A stretch of 64,000 bases of DNA from positions 965,404 through 1,029,403 of the forward strand of contig OY970292.1 of assembly GCA_963716145.1 (NCBI GenBank), read 5' to 3'. Under the pieces are notes generated by a model that did no database searches, was not told the origin of the DNA, and was given only the letters and a program-made list of their open reading frames with translations. Of the stretch, positions 57,145-64,000 are shown in pieces (positions within the stretch are counted from its first letter, which is position 1; each line of letters starts with the position of its first letter). The position numbers and the translations under genes were made by a program. This stretch comes from Candidatus Levyibacteriota bacterium (GTDB taxonomy: Bacteria > Patescibacteriota > Microgenomatia > Levybacterales > UBA12049).

Positions 57145-57281
57145 TAGAATTTTCAATTTGGAATTTTCAGTTTTCAATGAAACCTGCCTGCCGGCAGGCA
57201 GGTATAAATTTTAAATGTTTAAAAATTAATTTTTGAAAATTCAATGAAAATTAAAAATTGTAAATTAAAAATTAATAGCTT
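57145..57281. repeat. AT-rich intergenic motif family member flanking the palindrome (…TTTTCAATTTGGAATTTTCAGTTTTCAATGAAA[palindrome]…TTGAAAATTCAATGAAAATTAAAAATTGTAAATTAAAAATT)
   Basis: Contains the 20-mer ttgaaaattcaatgaaaatt that also occurs at 30447-30466. Confidence 0.7.
57182..57203. repeat. copy 1 of a 21-nt GC-rich motif containing the 20-nt perfect palindrome cctgcctgccggcaggcagg (acctgcctgccggcaggcaggt)
   Basis: Exact 20-nt self-complementary sequence in an AT-rich spacer; a second copy lies at 60739-60759. Confidence 0.9.
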
Positions 57282-58769
57282 ATGGCAAAAACAAATACAA
57301 AGGCAAGTGCAACTTCTGATAACCATTTCCCCCCAGTAGTCGCCGTATTGGGACACGTAGATCATGGCAAAACCACACTTCTTGATGCAATCCGCAGGAC
57401 TTCAATTGCAGAGGGGGAAAAGGGCGGAATTACACAAAAGATAGGCGCCTCAAGCGTTGAAATTGTCCATGATGGACAGAAAAGAAAAATTACATTTATT
57501 GACACTCCGGGACACGAAGCATTTGGACATATGCGTGGACGCGGCGCTCAAGCTGCTGATTTAGGTTTACTAATAGTATCCCTGGCTGACAGTGTCAAAC
57601 CTCAGACAAAAGAAAGCATTGCTATCCTTCAGGAGTCAAAAACTCCATTTATTGTTGTTCTGACGAAGTCAGACCTTCCTGATCTTATTCCTGAAAAAAG
57701 CAAAAAAGATCTCGCAAAAGAAGGTATTTTGCTTGAGGGATATGGGGGAGATGTGCCTGTTATGGAAGTCTCAGCCAAAACAGGTAGCAATATCAAAGAA
57801 CTTTTGGATTTGATTCTTCTGATGTTTGATTTACATAAAAAGCCGGAATACGCGAAAGAAATTTCAGCTAGCGCTGCCCTTCAGGCCATAGTTATTGAAG
57901 CCAAAATGGATCCAAGAGCGGGTTCAAAAGCAACGGTTATTGTAAAAAATGGAAGCGTTCAGGCGCGGGACATGCTCAAAGTTGACGGGCAGATCTTTAA
58001 AGTCAGGATGCTTATGACCGATCTGGGTAAACCGGTTGAGAAAGCAACAGTTGGAGATGCAGTTGAAGTGTTTGGATTTGCAAAAGTTCCACAGGTTGGA
58101 AGCATTATTGCTCATGAGTCCGCGTCAAACGCGACTGCGGCCGAGCAAGCCTCAGTTCCGGAACAGTTAAGCCGTGAAGTTGTATACAAGAGAGAAGAAG
58201 AGCACGCGGGGCTTTCAGTAATTCTGGTAGCTGATACCCAAGGCTCACTCGAGGCTATTGCCAATTCACTACCTGAGGGAATAAGGACCATGACCAAAAA
58301 AACCGGTGAGGTGACTGATGCTGATATTTTGCTTGCGAAGTCAACCAGCAGCATTATTTTGAGTTTTAATACTAAGCTCAAGCCTGAGATTATAACATTG
58401 GCAATGAGTGAAAAAGTGCTCCTTCGCAACTATGAAGTTATTTATGAGCTGCTGGATGAGATAAAAGATGCTCAGGAAGGTAAGCTGCTTTCCCAGATGG
58501 AGCAGATTTATGGAACCGCAAAAATTTTGGCCAAATTCCCTTTTGAAAAAACATTTGCGTTTGGAGTCTCGGTTAGTGACGGACGGGTGGCCAAAGGAGA
58601 TAAGGTACGGATTACACGCGGAAGCGATACAATCGTTGAAACCACAATTAACTCTCTTCGGATAGGTAAAAACCCAACTTCAAAGGTAGAGAAAGGAAAT
58701 GAGGCAGGATTGGTTTTAACAAACCCCCTTGACATTTTGGTAGGAGATGTGATACTATCCCATAGTTAA
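57282..58769 (+). CDS. infB: translation initiation factor IF-2, short form (G domain + domain II + C-terminal domains; no N-terminal extension)
   Basis: VVAVLGHVDHGKTTLLDAIR (G1), DTPGHEAF (G3), …VVLTKSDL… (G4). Confidence 0.85.
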   Translation: MAKTNTKASATSDNHFPPVVAVLGHVDHGKTTLLDAIRRTSIAEGEKGGITQKIGASSVEIVHDGQKRKITFIDTPGHEAFGHMRGRGAQAADLGLLIVSLADSVKPQTKESIAILQESKTPFIVVLTKSDLPDLIPEKSKKDLAKEGILLEGYGGDVPVMEVSAKTGSNIKELLDLILLMFDLHKKPEYAKEISASAALQAIVIEAKMDPRAGSKATVIVKNGSVQARDMLKVDGQIFKVRMLMTDLGKPVEKATVGDAVEVFGFAKVPQVGSIIAHESASNATAAEQASVPEQLSREVVYKREEEHAGLSVILVADTQGSLEAIANSLPEGIRTMTKKTGEVTDADILLAKSTSSIILSFNTKLKPEIITLAMSEKVLLRNYEVIYELLDEIKDAQEGKLLSQMEQIYGTAKILAKFPFEKTFAFGVSVSDGRVAKGDKVRITRGSDTIVETTINSLRIGKNPTSKVEKGNEAGLVLTNPLDILVGDVILSHS

Positions 58770-58801
58770 TCTTTTCTGTGAGGCAGAATGAAGTTTAAGA
58801 T

Positions 58802-59917
58802 ATGGATAATAATGTAGTTCAACAGATAAAAGATGCTATCGCGCAAAGCCAAAGTATTGGTGTAGTAGCCCCAAAGAATCCTTCAATGGATGAGATGGCA
58901 GCTGCGCTTTCTCTCTATCTTTTACTCAAAAGCACCAACAAAAACGTGTCTATAGCGTCCCCTAGTGACCCCATAGTCGAGATTTCATCCCTGGTTGGAA
59001 TTGACAAAGTCGAAAAAGCCTTAAAAGGATCAGGCGGAGTAGGAGATTTAACAGTGTCATTTCCTTACACTGAAGGTGAGATAGAAAAAGTTTCCTACAC
59101 GCTTGAGGAAGGATACCTTAATATAATCGTTAAAGCTGCTGAGCAGGGGTTAACCTTCGATGAGAAAGACGTAGAATACACACGAGGCGGTGGCAATCTT
59201 GATCTTGTTTTTACCGTGGGTGCGCCAAATCTCGCTGATTTGGATCCTGTTTTTGATACTCAAAATCTTGATATAAAAATAGTTAATATAGACAACAAAG
59301 AGGAAAATGAGCAATTTGGTGATATCGTCTTAATTTCCCAAAAATTGTCTTCACTTAGTGAGGGAGTTGCGGATCTCGCGCTTTCACTGGGACTTCATAT
59401 AGATGAAGATAGCGCTCAGAATTTACTAAATGGTATATCCAGTGAAACAGGTAACTTTCAAGATTCCAAAACAAGCTCACTTGCTTTTGAAATGGCAGCA
59501 CTTTTAATGAAAAAAGGTGCAACCCGCGTGAGTTCAGCAAGCGCAAGGCGCGGAATAAGTATTGATCAGGATCAACAGCGCGGTGTCCGTCCACAAGTTT
59601 CGGCACAACAATCTGCTGGCCAAAGACGTGCCCCCTCCGCCGCTGAGGCTTCCACCGACGCTAAAGCTTTGGCGGACAGGTCGGTAGGCAAGCAGGACAA
59701 GCGGGAGCAAGATAGACAAAAATTTGAAGAAAACTTGCAAAAAAGAGTCCAGGAAGAAAAAGCCAGAGAAGCTTCAGGTCAGCCAAGAAACACCCAGCCA
59801 GTGCGCAATCAGCAAATAGAAAACAAAAACCAACCCACCGATGAAGCAGCAGATGCTGATGAGACTCCGACAGATTGGCTCGCCCCAAAAGTCTACAAAG
59901 GCTCAAGTGAAGTTTAA
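58802..59917 (+). CDS. DHH/DHHA1 (NrnA-like) fold protein with degenerate catalytic motifs and a C-terminal Q/R/A/E-rich low-complexity tail
   Basis: The N-terminus aligns with NrnA (…IKDAIAQSQSIGVVAPKNPSMDEMAAALSLYLLLK… versus …I.IHRH.RPDPDA.GS.LGL…). The DHH motif is replaced (…VNIDNKEEN…) and GGGH is degenerate. Occupies the position usually held by rbfA/truB between infB and rpsO. Confidence 0.35.
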   Translation: MDNNVVQQIKDAIAQSQSIGVVAPKNPSMDEMAAALSLYLLLKSTNKNVSIASPSDPIVEISSLVGIDKVEKALKGSGGVGDLTVSFPYTEGEIEKVSYTLEEGYLNIIVKAAEQGLTFDEKDVEYTRGGGNLDLVFTVGAPNLADLDPVFDTQNLDIKIVNIDNKEENEQFGDIVLISQKLSSLSEGVADLALSLGLHIDEDSAQNLLNGISSETGNFQDSKTSSLAFEMAALLMKKGATRVSSASARRGISIDQDQQRGVRPQVSAQQSAGQRRAPSAAEASTDAKALADRSVGKQDKREQDRQKFEENLQKRVQEEKAREASGQPRNTQPVRNQQIENKNQPTDEAADADETPTDWLAPKVYKGSSEV

Positions 59918-59920
59918 TAT

Positions 59921-60343
59921 ATGACTGAAAGAACACCAAGCAATGAAATCGCTACTGCCTTACATGGGTCTGCTATGAATATTTCAGATGAAGCAGATGC
60001 TGCAATGAGAAGAAAAGATTCAGGGGTAGCAAGGAAGCTTTACTCGACCGCTGCCGTTATTGAAGAAGAAGCTTTTGAACGGGCATCAGCACAAGGACCA
60101 TTAAGCGTTGATGATCCTCAAGGGACTGTCAGTAAAGCAGTTTTGGGTAGAAGCGCTGCATCGCTTTATGAAAATGCTGGTAAACATCGATCTGCTGTGA
60201 GAGTCGCTCAGAGAACTTTGGACAAAATTGCTGGAATGCCAGTTTATAAGGAGTTAGTGGGTGAGCTAGCAGAAGTAGTTACCGAAGCCCGGAGCCACAT
60301 GGGAGTTAATCGAGTAAGGGAATTGGTTAGACGAAAAAAGTAA
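59921..60343 (+). CDS. hypothetical protein (140 aa)
   Basis: ORF with elevated GC content and no recognisable motif. Confidence 0.3.
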   Translation: MTERTPSNEIATALHGSAMNISDEADAAMRRKDSGVARKLYSTAAVIEEEAFERASAQGPLSVDDPQGTVSKAVLGRSAASLYENAGKHRSAVRVAQRTLDKIAGMPVYKELVGELAEVVTEARSHMGVNRVRELVRRKK

Positions 60344-60428
60344 TAAGGCTTCAAATTTTAACAGACCCCTTGTAGTAAATCTTCAAACCTGCTATAATGC
60401 AGACAATAAGAATTAAGAAAGCAAATTT

Positions 60429-60697
60429 ATGCCGCTTAGTACTACACAGAAGCAAGACATTATAAATGAATTTCAGACAGGAAAAGGAGATACCGGATCG
60501 CCTGAGGTGCAAATCGCGCTTCTGACCAAAAGGATCACCAGACTTGCTGAACACCTCAAAGATCACGCGCATGACGTTCATTCCCGCAGGGCCTTCTCTC
60601 AATGATTGCAAAAAGACGAAGACTTATCAACTTTCTTAAAAAAGTTGATGAAGTACGGGTTGGAGACATTCTGAAGAAAATCGGAATGAAAGATTGA
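60429..60697 (+). CDS. rpsO: 30S ribosomal protein S15 (rpsO), interrupted by a -1 frameshift at a GGG run (~60589-60591); probable homopolymer sequencing error
   Basis: Frame 0: [54 protein letters not shown] then AFSQ*. The -1 frame from 60590 reads [35 protein letters not shown]. Joined, these give a canonical 89-aa S15. Confidence 0.8.
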
Positions 60698-60738
60698 CAC
60701 CGACTTCAAAAACTGTCATGCTGGATAAACTTCAGCAT

Positions 60739-60759
60739 CCCTGCCTGCCGGCAGGCAGG
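60739..60759. repeat. copy 2 of the shared 21-nt motif (20-nt palindrome cctgcctgccggcaggcagg + t) in the rpsO-pnp intergenic region
   Basis: Same 21-nt motif cctgcctgccggcaggcaggt as in 57183-57203. Confidence 0.9.
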
Positions 60760-60819
60760 TCCAGACCTCTAACCAGATCAGGATGACAACGAAAGAAGGA
60801 CGAAAGATCAAGAATATAA

Positions 60820-63223
60820 ATGAAAGACAATAAGACCTCAGTTAGTTTTGATTTTGCAGGAAAACAAATGACCTTTGAAACCGGCCAACTTGCCGTACAG
60901 GCAACTGCTGCTGTTTTGGCCAGACTTGGCGATACAGTGGTTCTTGCAACTGTTGTTGGAGGCGGAAAAAGACCTGATATTGATTATTTCCCACTAAGCG
61001 TTGATTACGTTGAAAGACTTTACGCTGGTGGAAAAATAAAAGGCAGTCGTTGGGTAAAAAGAGAAGGACGTCCATCGGACGAAGCAATTCTCGCAGGTAG
61101 ACTTATCGACCGTTCCATTCGACCACTATTCTCAAAGTCATTCAAAAATGAAGTTCAGGTAATTGTTACGGTCCTTTCAGTTGATTCTGAAAACGAAGCT
61201 GATATTCTAGCTCTTAACGCTGTAAGCGCAGCTCTTGCGATGTCAAAAATTCCATGGAATGGTCCTATTGCTGCTGTCAGGATGGGATATATCGAGGAGA
61301 AAGACGGTACTCAGGCTGCATATCTCCCAAACCCTACAACAACAGAAGCAGAGCACTCAATTCTTGATGTAGTTGTCTCACAAAGCCGCGAAAAAACAGT
61401 CATGATTGAGTCTGGAGCGCTTCAAGTTCCTGAAGATGTAGTAGATGAAGCAATTGTGCAAGCCCACACAGAGACAAGAAAAGTTCTGAAGGGAATTGAG
61501 GAACTTGTCAAAAAAGTAGGACAGGAAAAAATAGTGATTGAAGAAGACACCACACTCAATGATGCGGTTGCCCTCTTTGAAAAATCTTACAAGAAAGAAG
61601 TAGATGGTTTGATCAAGTCTCGTGTAAGCAAAGAAGGAGCAGGCGATGAAACAGGAGAGCTTATTAACCGCGTTGCTGATGAGATTAAAGCCAAAGACTC
61701 CAAAGCAGAGGTAGACAAAAAACTTCTCGCCAAAGCGCTTGAATACGTTATGTTCAAAACAATCCGCTCAGAAACAGTCAATAAGAAAAAGCGGGTTGAT
61801 GGAAGAGCACTTGATGAACTGCGTGAAATAAAGGCAAATGTGGGAATCTTGCCAAGAACCCATGGGTCTGCTTTGTTTGAAAGAGGAATTACTCAAGCTC
61901 TTAGTATTGTTACCCTTGGTTCACCAAGACTTGAACAGCTTATTGAATCAGCAGAGGGTGAAGAAATAAAGCGCTATATCCATCATTACTCAGGTCTTCC
62001 ATATTCTTTTGGGCAGGCGGGCAGAATGGGATTCACTTCAAGGCGTGAAATCGGACACGGTGCACTCGCAGAGCGCGCGCTTAAAGCAGTTATCCCTTCA
62101 CAAAAAGATTTTCCATACACCATCAGAGTTGTTTCAGAAGTTCTCTCGCAAAACGGATCATCCTCTATGGCATCAACTTGCGGCTCAACACTTGCTCTTA
62201 TGGACGCGGGAGTTCCAATTACAGCACCTGTTGCCGGAATTTCAATCGGAATGATGTCAGAGGGAGACAAATATGTCTTGTTGACAGATATTATCGGACT
62301 TGAAGATTTTTCAGGCGATATGGATTTTAAGGTCGCGGGAACAGAAAAAGGCATCACTGCAATCCAGCTTGATGTAAAAATAGACGGTTTAACAGACGCG
62401 CAAGTTGTTGAGATATTGGCTCGTGCCCGCACAGCCCGCATGCAGATTCTTGAAAAAATGCTTGCTTCACTTCCTGAGTCACGTAAGGAAGTTTCAGAAT
62501 ACGCTCCAAAGATCGAACAGATTCAAGGTACCAGTTGATAAGATTGGTGAAATAATCGGGCCGGGGGGCAAAAATATTAAAGCAATTATTGCACAAACAG
62601 GAGCAGACGTTGATGTTGATGACGACGGAATTGTGAGTGTTTCTGGGATTTCCGAAGAAGCAGTCAAAAAAGCAGTTGATTGGATAAGCGGTATGACACG
62701 GGATGTTACTGTGGGCGAGGAATTTGAGGGAGAAGTTAAAAGAATTCTTCCATTCGGAGCTTTCGTTGAATATCTACCTGGCCGTGAAGGAATGGTACAT
62801 GTGTCCAAAATGAAAAGAGGAGCTTTTGTAAAGGATCCCTCAGAAGTTGTAAAAATTGGGCAAAAAGTAAAGGTAAAAGTAGAGGAACGCGATCAGCAGG
62901 GTCGAATAAATCTGACAATGCTTCTTGATGGAGATGACAATGGTGCACCTCCCGGGCAGGGATTTGATAGGCCGGCTCAACCTAGAGATGAGGGTCAAAG
63001 CGGACAAGGTGGTTTTCAATCAGGCCCAAGACGTCCTTCTTTCAACCGCGACGCTGCGCCTTTCGGCAATGCCAAACCTAGATCAGGTAGGTCTTTTAAC
63101 CCTGATTCAGGGCCCAAATCAGATCATCCGCTGTCACAGGCATTACGACGCGAAAGTGCTCAGGCCCGCAATCCCCGCGGTGCCGGCAAATTCGGCGGCC
63201 CCAAAAAACGCTTCAGCAGATAA
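60820..63223 (+). CDS. pnp: polynucleotide phosphorylase (PNPase), interrupted by a +1 frameshift (extra G at ~62527) between the second RNase PH domain and KH/S1; C-terminal RG-rich tail
   Basis: ORF 60820..62538 holds the two RNase PH domains and ends …EYAPKIEQIQGTS*. ORF 62405..63223 in the next frame reads …VPVDKIGEIIGPGGKNIKAII… (KH) and …GEEFEGEVKRILPFGAFVEYLPGREGMVHVSKM… (S1). Deleting one G from caaGGtacc restores APKIEQIQVPVDKIGEIIG, which is colinear with E. coli PNPase. Confidence 0.85.
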
Positions 63224-63228
63224 AATCA

Positions 63229-63981
63229 TTATCCGTTTGGTAGCTGTAAATGTTTAGATATTTCTTCACCCATTCTTCTTCCAATTTTTTTCATATCTCT
63301 AACCAATTCCTTGCTATCTTTTGTAGAATTAATTTTAAGGCGTCTATATGGTGTTCCTGATTTTCCAATAGATTTTCTATCCCTTCTAAGGACGGGCCAA
63401 GTCTCGTCTCCCAAAGTATTTGAGCGTGCATATCCCCAAGTCCCATACATAAAATTTATATCTGAAAAACCAACTTGTTCCAATAATTCTTCTACCTGGA
63501 TAATTGTTTGTCCAGAATAAGTAAACTCATCAAAAACGGCTGCATCTTCAAAGGCTTGATACTTATGTCCAATCTGGTTTAGTCTTTCTCTCTCAGCAGC
63601 TTCTATTACTTCTACATCTTCACCATATAATTTATTTAGAGACTCTCTTGTGTATCCATATACTTGGTCGTTTACATCCACAAAAAATATTTTTGGAGGT
63701 TTTTCTTGCGGATATGCGGTCTTCCAGCATTCTTTTATTGCAAAAGTATAGGGAATGGCTGATAGCGCGGTGGCAAATAGAACCTTAGGTGATCTTCCTG
63801 TATCCGGGAGAGGATTGCCGTCTGTATCAATTCTTCCCACCCCATCGTGTAGCTTCATTACGGCATGGGCAAGAGAATCTTCCCAATTTTCTGTTTCTTG
63901 ACCCGCTAGCTTAGCATCAGCAATTTTTGGCCCATAGAAGTTATTTATAAATGTAGATTCGTATTGAGGAGATTCACTCAT
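63229..63981 (-). CDS. hypothetical protein with a phosphoribosyltransferase-like motif
   Basis: 250 aa. …AAVFDEFTYSGQTII… resembles the PRTase PRPP-binding loop (hydrophobic-DD-hydrophobic-TTG-T). Confidence 0.3.
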   Translation of the reverse strand: MSESPQYESTFINNFYGPKIADAKLAGQETENWEDSLAHAVMKLHDGVGRIDTDGNPLPDTGRSPKVLFATALSAIPYTFAIKECWKTAYPQEKPPKIFFVDVNDQVYGYTRESLNKLYGEDVEVIEAAERERLNQIGHKYQAFEDAAVFDEFTYSGQTIIQVEELLEQVGFSDINFMYGTWGYARSNTLGDETWPVLRRDRKSIGKSGTPYRRLKINSTKDSKELVRDMKKIGRRMGEEISKHLQLPNG

Positions 63982-64000
63982 AAAGTAAGTATATCAAATC

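Noticed and set aside
60351-60611. 86-aa minus-strand ORF overlapping rpsO
   Set aside because: It is antisense to the clearly recognisable S15 coding sequence and was only opened up by the S15 frameshift. No motifs.
62405-63223. Treating ORF 62405..63223 as an independent KH/S1 protein
   Set aside because: Its N-terminal 40 aa overlap the PNPase PH-domain ORF out of frame. The KH-S1 segment is exactly colinear with PNPase after removal of one G, so it is the C-terminus of pnp.
1-64000. tRNA or rRNA genes
   Set aside because: Intergenic regions are short, and none showed a T-loop (GGTTCGANTCC) or acceptor-stem pattern by eye. No rRNA-like conserved stretches were seen. None called.

Overview
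This 64-kb window is low-GC (~38-40% by eye) and gene-dense, with the gene content and architecture of a Patescibacteria/CPR-like bacterium: short overlapping genes, orphan solute-binding proteins, VanW, class I LysRS, short IF-2, short HrcA. All calls are from reading the ORF translations and DNA by eye. No searches were run.

The window contains, in order:

- **1-5.3 kb:** a VanW-family protein, a membrane-anchored ABC solute-binding protein and a Pol-beta-type nucleotidyltransferase.
- **5.3-11 kb:** greA, a phosphoketolase fused to a C-terminal CoA-binding domain, an AMP-forming acyl-CoA synthetase and a gamma-carbonic-anhydrase-like hexapeptide protein.
- **11-21.5 kb:** murB and a tightly coupled lysine/aspartate-pathway operon (dapL-lysA-lysC-dapB-dapA-asd-hom). 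It is followed by a class I lysyl-tRNA synthetase and rdgB.
- **24-29.5 kb:** a lipid-linked glycan/envelope cluster on the minus strand: a DPPR-synthase-like UbiA prenyltransferase, a WecA/MraY-like GT4, a GT39/GT83-like transferase and a membrane GT2. The GT39-like gene contains a 5 x 7-nt microsatellite that could drive phase variation.
- **29.5-32 kb:** tatD and metG.
- **32.4-55.2 kb:** the hrcA-grpE-dnaK-dnaJ operon embedded in what looks like an undescribed membrane-associated system. The system comprises:
  - two paralogous small two-TM 'pilin-like' proteins, one fused to a Cys-rich ectodomain;
  - a 1558-aa polytopic membrane protein with three ~344-aa super-repeats;
  - a ClpC/ClpA-like double-AAA+ ATPase (no M-domain and no ClpP-docking loop) whose C-terminus carries the same ~90-aa repeat module as the giant membrane protein;
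  - a second, membrane-anchored Clp-like ATPase with a degenerate first AAA module;
  - a UvrD-type helicase fused to an Fe-S PD-(D/E)XK nuclease, and several small secreted or membrane proteins.
- **56-63.2 kb:** nusA-infB-(degenerate DHH-like)-hypothetical-rpsO-pnp. rpsO and pnp each carry a single-base frameshift at a G homopolymer.

Other DNA-level signals:

- a 21-nt shared motif built on a 20-nt GC-rich perfect palindrome, present twice (after nusA and after rpsO);
- a recurring AT-rich 'TTTTCAA/AAATTCAA' intergenic motif family upstream of metG, grpE, dnaJ and infB;
- a degenerate CIRCE overlapping the hrcA promoter;
- a terminator-like hairpin abutting the dapL start codon;
- a ~190-nt unannotated region with an intrinsic terminator that may encode a small RNA.
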